From positions 1-59,330 of IMG/VR virus record IMGVR_UViG_3300011336_000352: DNA of 59,330 bases; one strand, written 5' to 3'. A program made the translations under genes and the position numbers. Shown here piece after piece: positions 9,876-18,335 of this stretch. The stretch is from a virus. Lineage: Duplodnaviria; Caudoviricetes. The stretch's first letter is position 1, and each line of letters begins with the position of its first letter. The notes under the pieces were generated by a model, which saw only the letters and a list, made by a program, of their open reading frames with translations, was not told the origin of the DNA and made no database searches.

Positions 9876-10638
9876 TTTGGTTCCTCAAATCGCTCTCGTC
9901 CTCTTTGGGCGATCCAAAGTAACTTAGCGACTTCCAAACATACAGCGAGGGCTGATTTTCCTTCGTAACCGTCAGGGTAGTGCTTATACCACTCGTTTCG
10001 GCAAGCTTGCCACATAGCCCGTTCATTTGAATATTGGCCAATAATGCGCTCAGCATTTCTAGGTCCGAGGCCGTATATTCCTGGGATGTTGTCCACACTG
10101 TCTCCAGTGAGAACTTGTTTGTAGAAGTTTCTTGTTGCTTCTGTTCCATTTAGTGTGTACCTTTTATCCTTTACCCAATTGTAGTGTTCTCCGGGAATCA
10201 TGTCTAGGTCTTTATCAATAGACACTATGCACACTGGTTCCCCCGGATTAGTAGTGGCTCGTATTCCAATTGCATCGTCAGCTTCCATTCCATCTACTAG
10301 TACTGCTCCGTACTTCCTCACTATGTACTCTCTTATCTCCTTGTAATACACGGGCTTATTGAAGGGACTTCTGTTTCCCTTGTACGGCTTTACTGTTGCC
10401 TCTTCTAAGCGCCAGTTGCCAGTACCGCTTAGGTAGAACTCTAGGGAATCGAACTTCCCTGCAATGCTATCAACAACAGTATCTATGTTGTGTAGGGCAT
10501 TAGCTAGAGGCTCTACTTCCTTTATGTGCTCTATGTCCCCATCTTCTCTTTGTATCTTGTGTTTCTTCTCAGCAGCAAAGCCGCATCTGTATACAAGAAT
10601 ATCGGCTAGGAGTCTACGATACCAACAGTTTGGCTCAT
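9872..10638 (-). CDS. 5'-3' exonuclease (T7 gp6 / FEN-like); reading frame interrupted after codon 10 by a 5-nt insert containing TAG (10604-10608)
   Basis: YKGNR, MEADDAIG, SIDKDL, LTGDSVDNIPG motifs; ATG 10638 gives MSQTVGIVDS-stop and DILVYRCGF resumes 5 nt later. Confidence 0.88.
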
Positions 10639-11192
10639 AGACTAGTATCATCCTTTAAAGCCCTGTCTAGCTCTTTGTGCTTAGTTATATAGGTTGCTGC
10701 TTTAATTAAAAGTTGGGGGCTATCCATGAAGTGCCCTAGTCCTCTATTACAATTGGTACATAAAAATTCTCGGATCTTTCCAGTACTGTGATCATGATCT
10801 AGATGCGCAAAATGCTTGTGCTTTTTTAGATATATGCCACAAATACCACATACAAATTTTTGATTTTCTAGAAGTTCATTATATTTTTCCAAAGAAATAT
10901 TGAATCTACTTTTTATATAGTTAGCCTTTTTAGCTAGTCTATACTCTTCTGAAGATGCATGTTTTCGTTTGTGATGTTCTCTAGACTTTCTATTTGCACA
11001 GTCTTTACAATAATATGCTAAGCCTTTAGCACGTATATTCTTTGGGTCTTTATGAAATTCTGAGTGTGGTTTTATTTTCTCACAAAGACTGCATCTTTTT
11101 TCTGTATCAGTTACATAAGTATATGCAGTATATTTATTTGCACCTACTCTCTTGCGTCTAGATTTTATGTCCGAATCTACGATACCAATCAT
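10635..11192 (-). CDS. Endonuclease VII-family putative free-standing homing endonuclease, fused to the first nine codons of the exonuclease
   Basis: CSLC..CKDC Zn motif, CGIC, HLDHDHSTGKIREFLCTNCNRGLG; AT-rich relative to flanks; starts MIGIVDSDI. Confidence 0.88.
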   Translation of the reverse strand: MIGIVDSDIKSRRKRVGANKYTAYTYVTDTEKRCSLCEKIKPHSEFHKDPKNIRAKGLAYYCKDCANRKSREHHKRKHASSEEYRLAKKANYIKSRFNISLEKYNELLENQKFVCGICGIYLKKHKHFAHLDHDHSTGKIREFLCTNCNRGLGHFMDSPQLLIKAATYITKHKELDRALKDDTSL

Positions 11193-11731
11193 TCATCTTC
11201 TTCTTTTATTCCCATCCTCTCTAAACAAGCATCGTCCTCTTCACACTCGTACGGCTCTAAGTCCAGATCCTTGGGGACATTATCGTACGACTTCCGCTTG
11301 TAGATCTTGGCTACTATTGCTAGGCTCTTTCTGTTGTAGTCGTTCCAGCTAGCTCCGTATGATTCAACTAGGGCCCTCTCGCTTCGTAGAGCTATCTGGT
11401 GCGCTAGTTGATAGGGCATATTGTACGGTTCATCCTCTAGAGACTTCTCTACCATCTCGTGGAAGGCAAAGGTCTTGTGTAAAGGAATACTAACCTGAGC
11501 AGTACTTAGACCATCAGTAGCTACCATTAGTTCCTCAGGAACTTCCTTGTCGATGTAAATAGTTAGGCCGTCTTCAGAGTATCCCGCTGCGTACGGAATA
11601 TCGTGAGAGGAGTCTATCTTTACCTCTTCCTCTAGGAACTCATCGGCCATGTCTAGCTCTTCATCTGAGAATAGCCAATCTCCTTTCTTCGGGGTTAGTA
11701 CAACCTTAGGTCTGTTTATTCCACTGCTCAT
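11189..11731 (-). CDS. Acidic hypothetical protein with a possible metal-binding HExxE...H motif
   Basis: HDIPYAAGYS, FHEMVEKSL, YQLAHQIA; 180 aa. Confidence 0.6.
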   Translation of the reverse strand: MSSGINRPKVVLTPKKGDWLFSDEELDMADEFLEEEVKIDSSHDIPYAAGYSEDGLTIYIDKEVPEELMVATDGLSTAQVSIPLHKTFAFHEMVEKSLEDEPYNMPYQLAHQIALRSERALVESYGASWNDYNRKSLAIVAKIYKRKSYDNVPKDLDLEPYECEEDDACLERMGIKEEDE

Positions 11732-11893
11732 TTAGATATCCAGCATAGTAAGTGCGTACTTGTACCTATCTGCCAGCACGTCAGCAGCAATACGCAACTC
11801 GTTAAACTCTAGGTCGCTTGGAGGATTCCTGCACAGGTCAATTAGTTCAGAGTCCGTAAGAGATAGGATGTAAGCTTCATCGTAGTGAGTCAT
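11732..11893 (-). CDS. Hypothetical protein (53 aa, not in ORF track)
   Basis: Manual translation MTHYDEAYILSLTDSEL...LTMLDI; fills the operon gap. Confidence 0.55.
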   Translation of the reverse strand: MTHYDEAYILSLTDSELIDLCRNPPSDLEFNELRIAADVLADRYKYALTMLDI

Positions 11894-11901
11894 TACTTTG
11901 T

Positions 11902-12246
11902 TCATTGTTTTGTATAGAACCTGTGATTAGCTATTGTCATGTTATACGTACCATAGTGGTAGCACGAATCTTTCGATGAAGAGAAATACCAGTTCTTTCT
12001 AAGCACCGCCGGGAGATACTGATACAACGTGTACGAGATAAGCGCCGCTGAGAAGCTTCTATAATCAGTCCTCGTTTTTAGTGGGGCAAACTGTGCAGTA
12101 GCTTTTGCTTCCTTGCAAATAGCTGTTTGATTCTCCGTTGCTCTGTTTACTACTACCGCACCTACTGCTATCTGTCCGTAGAAGGGTTCTCCTCTAGCCT
12201 CACCATGTATTACCATAGTGAGGCACAAGAGCGCTTGAGCTATCAC
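11902..12246 (-). CDS. SleB-like cell wall hydrolase (Hydrolase_2)
   Basis: CLTMVIHGEARGEPFYGQIAVGAVVVNR, QF and IANHRFY motifs. Confidence 0.85.
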   Translation of the reverse strand: MIAQALLCLTMVIHGEARGEPFYGQIAVGAVVVNRATENQTAICKEAKATAQFAPLKTRTDYRSFSAALISYTLYQYLPAVLRKNWYFSSSKDSCYHYGTYNMTIANHRFYTKQ

Positions 12247-12428
12247 TTAGGGGCTAGTAATCCCTTCTTTGGGCTAACTCGCTCTTTCTTCTTGTACGAT
12301 GTATCCTTCTTGTCGGCTGCTGCAAAATCCTTTCCTACACTCTGGGGAACTCCAACCTCTTCTGCAAACTTAGGGGAATGCGCTACAGCCTCAAAAAAGT
12401 TGTGCTGAGCTTTCGATTTACTTGGCAT
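12243..12428 (-). CDS. Small phage protein of unknown function
   Basis: MPSKSKAQHNFFEAVAHSPKFA..VGVPQSVGKDF, a recurrent small phage protein pattern. Confidence 0.7.
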   Translation of the reverse strand: MPSKSKAQHNFFEAVAHSPKFAEEVGVPQSVGKDFAAADKKDTSYKKKERVSPKKGLLAPK

Positions 12429-12903
12429 GTTTTATTTCCTCCCATGCTATGGGGGCTAGATTATATCTTTCTACAGAAACACATACATATCTAGGGTCTT
12501 CTATTTTTCCACTATGCAGGTGGCCATGCACATTACCTATGAATCTGTAAAATTGTCCTGGATGCACCGGTATGTGTGTCCATAAATAACCATCATATTT
12601 CTTTGCGGCTTCTATTTTTCTGAAATACCTTAGGTAATTATGTATACCATGCCGGTCGTGGTTTCCTAGAATAAGATTCTTAGTTCCATTTAGTCTAGAA
12701 AGAATCTCTAGATTCTCTACTTTACCAAAGCAGACATCCCCTAGATGCCAAACTGTATCTCGCTTAGTGACAACGGAGTTCCAATTATCAATAAGAACCT
12801 CATTCATTTCTTCAACAGAGGAGAAAGGTCTGGCTGCTCTTTCAAACTCTAAGATCTTCTTGTGAAAGAAGTGTGTATCAGCCGTCAAGAACACTTGAGA
12901 CAT
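12418..12903 (-). CDS. Calcineurin-like metallophosphoesterase
   Basis: DTH, HLGD, GNHD, TH and HGHLH motifs. Confidence 0.92.
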   Translation of the reverse strand: MSQVFLTADTHFFHKKILEFERAARPFSSVEEMNEVLIDNWNSVVTKRDTVWHLGDVCFGKVENLEILSRLNGTKNLILGNHDRHGIHNYLRYFRKIEAAKKYDGYLWTHIPVHPGQFYRFIGNVHGHLHSGKIEDPRYVCVSVERYNLAPIAWEEIKHAK

Positions 12904-13117
12904 TTTTCTTCCTCCGCTGTATCTCTCTTTGTAAGTACCACACTGCTTTCTCTAAATCCTGCAAGGCCTTGCCTTTTAAGTCAGCCCTCCATATGTACTT
13001 GATAGCATTTCCCAAGTTAAATCCCATGTGCTCTACTACCTGAATGCACTCTATTCCAGACGGGGAAGAGCAATAGTGCTTGGGATTATTTACTGGATCA
13101 TTTACTTTACCGGGCAT
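12878..13117 (-). CDS. DUF3310 (SaV / T7 gp1.7-like) protein
   Basis: DPVNNPKHY, IECI, GNAIKYIWRA, DLEKAVWYL; start MPGK preferred over 13132. Confidence 0.85.
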   Translation of the reverse strand: MPGKVNDPVNNPKHYCSSPSGIECIQVVEHMGFNLGNAIKYIWRADLKGKALQDLEKAVWYLQREIQRRKKNVSSVLDG

Positions 13118-15033
13118 ATACCAGAAATACATTCGTCGTCGGAATCAAACTCAGCGCTAGATACACTGGTAATAAGCTTGGTCTTCTTCATCAGTTTGTT
13201 GTACTCCTCTTCGGTTATCTCTTCCAAGGGAGCCTGTTCAAATCCGTGCTCACTGTGCAGAAGGAAGCTTAAGCTCTTGAAGCTATTGTTATAGTGCTTC
13301 TTCAAGTACTCTTTGATTTCGTCTAGCTCTTCTTTTCGGTAGTAAACAGTACAGGAAACGGCGTTGTCTGACCATTCTGCTTGCAGGCGTCTAACCACGT
13401 CAAGTTGATCGACCGCAGACATATCTTTAGCCAACTTAGTTCCTTTCGGGTAGCTGAATGGAAATTCAGCGACAACAGTTGCCTTGTCGTCTGTTCCATC
13501 GAAGCCCCGTGCATACTCCACACGAATTCCGGAATCTCGTATCGTACTAACGAGGGGACTACTACTCGCCAATCTGATCCTACGTATGAGATGTTGGCTA
13601 TAAGCAGGGTGACAGCCCGGTGTAACTCCCGGCAGTAGGGACAGAGTTCCGGAGGGTTTGACTGTTGTGAGCTTGATACTCTTTGGCCATCCCCTAGCGG
13701 AACTATAGCTCTCATCAAATGCCCGCAATTGTGCATAGCATCCCGATAGCCAAGAGCGCTGCTCGTCGGTGGCTTGTAGATATCCAGTGATGCCGATTCC
13801 CATTCGTTGGTTCTTGTGAACAATTGCTTCTGTCTCTTTGTTGTGGCATGGAAGGTTTAGACTGTGCTTACATATCCTGTAGAGAAGCGTTGCTACATCC
13901 AGTAGCTCACTCTTACTTGAGATGTTGGGAAGGAAGATTTCAGCGAGGCAGCAAGTTTCGTAGTTAGCGAGAGATTGCTCCGCGCATGGGTTGAAGCCGA
14001 TAACTTCTTTATCAGGGTAATTACGGTCTCCTGTTCGTCCTTCTTTTCTTGCAAGTCGCAGGTTGATAAGACCGAAAGGTTCACCGTTACCCATGTAGCC
14101 TTTCCAGATTTCGTCAGGCAAGAGGGAGAAATCGTTGCACACAACAGAATTGTTAGAGTTGGCTCTCCAATTAGGAATATTACCAAGGTCCCATCTTTTC
14201 GAGCGGATATACTGAAAGTCATCCATATCACCTATAGCAATCTGCGCAGACCTACGAACATTGCCAGCCACGACAATAGAGCCGACGATGTTCATAATGT
14301 CCAAGCAATCTATTGGGCGGAGCTGCTTACCAACTCGTTGCGCAATGACTTTATTGATGTTTCCAATTCCTTCGCAGAGTATCTCAGGGCCACTAGCGGT
14401 TCCACCAAATCCTCTAATGGGAGCGCCTGCTCCGCGAACCAGTTGAGTACTGTACGTGAATTTTGCTTTTGCTCCTCTGTCAAAGGCAGCTCGTAGCGTG
14501 TACTCCAAGAGTTTAATCCAGCCCTCTCTTGTATCTGGAACAATGAAATCAGCACTGGCTGAATCTTGTCTAATAGCTCCGACAAACTCTTCTCTAACCT
14601 TTGGCAGTTTGTAGACATATTCCCTCTGAATATTAAACCCAACTCCACATCCCAGCATTAGCATATCCATCGCCCAAGTGAAGGGGCGGATAGGCTCGTC
14701 TACGCACACGCACGCGCAATTCTGTAGGGACGCTAGGCCGAGTCTTCCGACAGTCGAAGTACCAAGCTGCCATAAGAACCTTCCAGCAACTGAGCCTTTA
14801 AGTGATAGAAGGTATCCGGCAAGTCTAGCCTCTTCAACATCAGAGAATCCGCAATTAAGCTGTTCTCTAGCTCCTCTGACAACTCTATCAATAACGTCTT
14901 CCCACTCTTCAGTTGGGCTGTTAGGGTCGTTTTCATTTAGCCTCCGCGCGTACGTTCTCTTTGCTACTAGGTATCCTACTGTAGACCAAGGCGTACTTGT
15001 CTTATTCTTGTCATCTTCCGATTGTTGCATCAA
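13102..15033 (-). CDS. nrdJ: Class II (adenosylcobalamin-dependent) ribonucleoside-triphosphate reductase
   Basis: LQNC, VVAGNVRRSA, NPCAEQ, CCLAE, TTVKPSGTLS motifs; C-terminal CISGICP. Confidence 0.93.
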   Translation of the reverse strand: MMQQSEDDKNKTSTPWSTVGYLVAKRTYARRLNENDPNSPTEEWEDVIDRVVRGAREQLNCGFSDVEEARLAGYLLSLKGSVAGRFLWQLGTSTVGRLGLASLQNCACVCVDEPIRPFTWAMDMLMLGCGVGFNIQREYVYKLPKVREEFVGAIRQDSASADFIVPDTREGWIKLLEYTLRAAFDRGAKAKFTYSTQLVRGAGAPIRGFGGTASGPEILCEGIGNINKVIAQRVGKQLRPIDCLDIMNIVGSIVVAGNVRRSAQIAIGDMDDFQYIRSKRWDLGNIPNWRANSNNSVVCNDFSLLPDEIWKGYMGNGEPFGLINLRLARKEGRTGDRNYPDKEVIGFNPCAEQSLANYETCCLAEIFLPNISSKSELLDVATLLYRICKHSLNLPCHNKETEAIVHKNQRMGIGITGYLQATDEQRSWLSGCYAQLRAFDESYSSARGWPKSIKLTTVKPSGTLSLLPGVTPGCHPAYSQHLIRRIRLASSSPLVSTIRDSGIRVEYARGFDGTDDKATVVAEFPFSYPKGTKLAKDMSAVDQLDVVRRLQAEWSDNAVSCTVYYRKEELDEIKEYLKKHYNNSFKSLSFLLHSEHGFEQAPLEEITEEEYNKLMKKTKLITSVSSAEFDSDDECISGICPVK

Positions 15034-15061
15034 GCTCCCTTTGTTCTTATAGTTCTTATTG

Positions 15062-15137
15062 TGGAGAGACCTGAGAGGCTCGAACTCTCGACCCCCAACT
15101 TGGAAGGATGGTGCTCTACCAACTGAGCTAAGGTCTC
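15062..15137 (-). tRNA. tRNA-Gly (TCC)
   Basis: Cloverleaf GAGACCT/AGGTCTC, D-arm GCTC/GAGC, loop CT-TCC-AA, TTCGA T-loop, U73 discriminator, encoded CCA. Confidence 0.9.
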
Positions 15138-15208
15138 GTTATTAGTCCCGCTTACGCCGTGCGGGGCTCTCTTCTAGGGCCATCAGGCGGAGCCGCTATC
15201 TCTACTAC

Positions 15209-15733
15209 TTAGAAGTTAATCTTGTCTTCCGGGAAAGCTTCATCGCTTGGAGGAGTCTCTTCATCTGCTGACAGGCAGTGCGTCTTGTTAGACTTTACCT
15301 CATCAATGAAATGCTCGGTGTACTTATCGACAAACATTTCTACAATGTCGATCTTAGCCGCTCCCTTGGCCTTACCGAAGTCAATCAAGTTTGCGGCCAT
15401 CAGCATCTGCACCAAGACTAGGGCGTCCTTGCGGCTACTCTGGTAGATGATGCTATCCTGTCGCGTATCTACATACGGAGCAGCTTGCTTTGGTGCCGAG
15501 GCTACTGGAGCTGTCTGTGCTGTCGGAGGCGGCACTGGTACTAAGGTATTCTTCTCAATGTCCCAATAACCCTTAGGGTTCTGTTCTGCCGAGAACTTAA
15601 CCCAATCTCCTGCGCTAACTCCGCCTGCTGTCTTACCGCAGCCGTAGCGTGTATCGTTTACAACAATTGAAAACAGCGATCCAAACTTGGTCGGCGTTTC
15701 TAGTACTCGTTCTACTCGTCCTGTTACTTGCAT
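15209..15733 (-). CDS. Putative single-stranded DNA-binding protein
   Basis: Beta-rich aromatic N-terminal domain, Pro/Ala linker, acidic tail ending in Phe (DEAFPEDKINF); in the replication block. Confidence 0.6.
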   Translation of the reverse strand: MQVTGRVERVLETPTKFGSLFSIVVNDTRYGCGKTAGGVSAGDWVKFSAEQNPKGYWDIEKNTLVPVPPPTAQTAPVASAPKQAAPYVDTRQDSIIYQSSRKDALVLVQMLMAANLIDFGKAKGAAKIDIVEMFVDKYTEHFIDEVKSNKTHCLSADEETPPSDEAFPEDKINF

Positions 15734-15743
15734 GCTATTTTTA

Positions 15744-15974
15744 TTATACCTCTATAATTGGGATGTTTTCTTTGTTTGCTGCGCGCTTTGCTTTTACTTC
15801 GTAAAGTACTTTAGCTACTATCCATCGACTACCATCGCCGGGATTTTTTAATGCTCCGTCCTTAGCGGACTTTTTTGCTGCCCCATCACTAGTGAAGAAT
15901 CCGTACTTACTCCACTCTAAATCAGGATCAACTATTACAAAGTAGTCACTACTCGCGGATTTCTTACTGCCCAT
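15744..15974 (-). CDS. Hypothetical protein
   Basis: 76-aa ORF. Confidence 0.6.
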   Translation of the reverse strand: MGSKKSASSDYFVIVDPDLEWSKYGFFTSDGAAKKSAKDGALKNPGDGSRWIVAKVLYEVKAKRAANKENIPIIEV

Positions 15975-15976
15975 TC

Positions 15977-16246
15977 TTATAGTTTTCCTATTAGCTTAGA
16001 ATAAAAATCGTTTACTGCCTTACCTAGTTCTTCCAAGGAGGGGAACACTTGCAGTTCTGTGTCTGCTACTCCGGGATACGCGCCATAGTTCTTACTGTAC
16101 GCGTTGAAGTACACGCGGTAGTATCCGTTGTTTGTCTTTCCTACATCAATTGAAAAGTTAACTAAAGGCTTTGAACTTTTCGCCTTGGCCTTCGCCCCAG
16201 TGCGTGCCTGTCTTGATTTCTGCGCCGAGGCGCGTGGTGAACTCAT
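15977..16246 (-). CDS. Hypothetical protein overlapping the polymerase 3' end
   Basis: 89 aa; AAGGAG RBS upstream of ATG 16246. Confidence 0.55.
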   Translation of the reverse strand: MSSPRASAQKSRQARTGAKAKAKSSKPLVNFSIDVGKTNNGYYRVYFNAYSKNYGAYPGVADTELQVFPSLEELGKAVNDFYSKLIGKL

Positions 16247-18014
16247 AGCTATAAATCTCCTTAAGTTGTGTGTATATTTCTTTCGTGAAACAAGATACTA
16301 AGATCTCTCGTACTTTGTCCCGCTCTTCTTTAGGATGTTCTACCACGATAGAGTCGTGGATAGTTAGAATGATGCGGGCCTTTAAGCCGTCTAGCTGCTG
16401 CCAGACATTCCACAGGATGAGTGGAATAATTTCCCCGGTCGCAAATCCTTGCACGGGATAATCGTAGATATTTGTTAGGTTGGCAATGTTGCCGCGCTGA
16501 TCTAGCCTTCCTTTTGGCCAGTAGAAGCGCATACCGTAAGGTGTGATTAGCTCTCCCGAGCGGTACACCTGATGAGTCCATTCCGTCTGAGTATCGTATA
16601 TTCCCTTGTACTTGTTTTGGAAGTACTTGCAGTACGCTTGCTCTGCTTTGGTTATTCCTCGGCCGCCAAAGAGCGGTTTGAATGAATGCCCCTTGGATAC
16701 TTGCCGAGCTTCTTTGATTGTACTTAGACCGCGAAACTCCGGCTGAGTTCCGTCCTCTAGGAAGAATTTAGCTGTGTTGGCATGTATGTCTACTCCATCG
16801 CTAATCTCTTGTTTTGCAACGGAATCTTTCCCAAGATCGGCTGCAACGCTAAACTCTAGGGTAGAAGCGTCACACTCGGTTAGCTCCCATTCAGGATAAG
16901 AAGCTACTACTAGGTGCTTGTACTCCCTAGGCATGTTTTGGAGCTGGATGCCTTTTTCTGTTTCCTTACCTTGAGAGGATTCTTTGTCAGATAGAATGGA
17001 TTTAGGTAGCTTGATTTTGCGGCCCGAGCTGGATAGTCGGTGTGTTGCTGTAGTTCCTTGATTGAAAATCCCGTAAAACCTTGATTCATATAGATCGCAA
17101 ACTCCTTTGAAGAACTCTAGAGATTTAGTTAGCTTTGCATTTAAAGAGGCAAGCGCTTTAAAATGCTGTACAAATTCACGTTGTTTTTGGTTAGTCGGTA
17201 CAAGAGCGGATATAGTTGCCTTATCTGTCGCTCTATCTCCCTTGTCAGTGCGTACGGGATTTCCGCGTCTATCTGTGACTTCCCGGAATTGTAGGGAATC
17301 ATAGAGAAGCTCTGCGACTTGCTTGCGAGAACGCCAGTTGATTTGGCCGTACTCTTTCTCAAGCGCTTCTTGCGTTTCAACGTATTCCGAAAGAACCTTG
17401 TTGTACTCATCTTCTACCCTAGCTTTGTCAAGAGATATACCAATATACTCAACATCAGATAGGCAAGCACAAACGAGACCCCGCTGATAAACAAGGTGGA
17501 GCCTATTAGTTCTTTCCAGTTCTTCCCTTTGGGAAAGGAAGAGTTGCTTAGTGATATCAACGTCGATTCCACAATAGTCTTTGAGCCATCTCTTGGGTAT
17601 GTTTTCTGGATTGACTCCTTGCTTGATGAGCTTGGATACGAGATCTTCTTTAGTGGGTAGTCCTCTGCGCTTACAAGATTCTTGCAGAGACAGTCCAGTG
17701 CTTCTCTCGTTTCCGAGCAACACCCACTCGGCGAGCATCGTATCGAAAACCCGCACAGCTCGCAAGTCAGTACCGCACCGCTTGAGCCATTGGAGTTCAA
17801 ACTTTCCGTTGTGTACAACGAGGTAATCCGCTTTCTCGATATCATCTAACAGTTCCTGCTGCTCGTTCTCTCCACCAAACTTAGACTTGCTCTTTCCGTT
17901 GAACTGCCAGCAAGCTAAAAGCAATCTGTTTAGCGGATTGAGGGCTGTTCCAAACTCTAAGTTTGTTGTCTCGAAGTCTAGTACTAAGTAGTTACCTTTA
18001 AAGAATTCAATTAT
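16158..18014 (-). CDS. Family A DNA polymerase with 3'-5' exonuclease domain; probable ATA start at 18014
   Basis: ExoI LVLDFETT lies upstream of the TTG at 17924; HNGKFE, THRLSS, motif A DASTLE, motif B RQVSKGHSFKPLFG, motif C TIHDSIV. Confidence 0.93.
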   Translation of the reverse strand: MIEFFKGNYLVLDFETTNLEFGTALNPLNRLLLACWQFNGKSKSKFGGENEQQELLDDIEKADYLVVHNGKFELQWLKRCGTDLRAVRVFDTMLAEWVLLGNERSTGLSLQESCKRRGLPTKEDLVSKLIKQGVNPENIPKRWLKDYCGIDVDITKQLFLSQREELERTNRLHLVYQRGLVCACLSDVEYIGISLDKARVEDEYNKVLSEYVETQEALEKEYGQINWRSRKQVAELLYDSLQFREVTDRRGNPVRTDKGDRATDKATISALVPTNQKQREFVQHFKALASLNAKLTKSLEFFKGVCDLYESRFYGIFNQGTTATHRLSSSGRKIKLPKSILSDKESSQGKETEKGIQLQNMPREYKHLVVASYPEWELTECDASTLEFSVAADLGKDSVAKQEISDGVDIHANTAKFFLEDGTQPEFRGLSTIKEARQVSKGHSFKPLFGGRGITKAEQAYCKYFQNKYKGIYDTQTEWTHQVYRSGELITPYGMRFYWPKGRLDQRGNIANLTNIYDYPVQGFATGEIIPLILWNVWQQLDGLKARIILTIHDSIVVEHPKEERDKVREILVSCFTKEIYTQLKEIYSYEFTTRLGAEIKTGTHWGEGQGEKFKAFS

Positions 18015-18160
18015 AGTGTCACCTTATTCTGTTGTTTCTTTTTCTTCTTCGGCTTAACTAGCCGATTAGTTCCTTTTAGCTTTAGTAGATCTTGTTTTAA
18101 GTACTGCCAGCGATCCTTCTCTTCTTGAGCCTTCTCGCGCTTAATCTTGTGCTCGGACAT
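18011..18160 (-). CDS. Small basic protein (49 aa, not in ORF track), stop overlaps the proposed polymerase start
   Basis: Manual translation MSEHKIKREKAQEE...KKKKKQQNKVTL; TAA at 18013-18011. Confidence 0.55.
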   Translation of the reverse strand: MSEHKIKREKAQEEKDRWQYLKQDLLKLKGTNRLVKPKKKKKQQNKVTL

Positions 18161-18335
18161 ACTTTACTACTCTAGTTTTTGTTGCGCCCATGCGCTGCTT
18201 AAGGTTGGTAGCATCATCCCTAGCATGCCTTCGAGTAGAAAATAATATCCCGTGCAACTGTCCGTATCCGGGATTCCATTCCTCCCCGCTGAAGCTCTCT
18301 GCTACCCAGTAGAAACCCTTACTCTTCTTAGTCAT
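18141..18335 (-). CDS. Hypothetical protein
   Basis: 64 aa; ATGA coupling. Confidence 0.6.
   Translation of the reverse strand: MTKKSKGFYWVAESFSGEEWNPGYGQLHGILFSTRRHARDDATNLKQRMGATKTRVVKYVRAQD

Noticed and set aside
10606-11173. Group I intron explanation for the endonuclease insertion (exon ending in U, intron ending in G would restore MIGIVDSDILVY)
   Set aside because: The interval is almost entirely the EndoVII ORF, with only about 30 nt after its stop. I found no convincing P3-P8 core, and a coupled second ATG re-supplies the N-terminus. Not fully excluded without RT-PCR or Infernal.
18012-18024. AGGTGACACTATA, a 13-nt match to the SP6 promoter core
   Set aside because: Only one copy seen, no +1 G, no single-subunit RNA polymerase in the genome; explained by the SD and start region of the polymerase.
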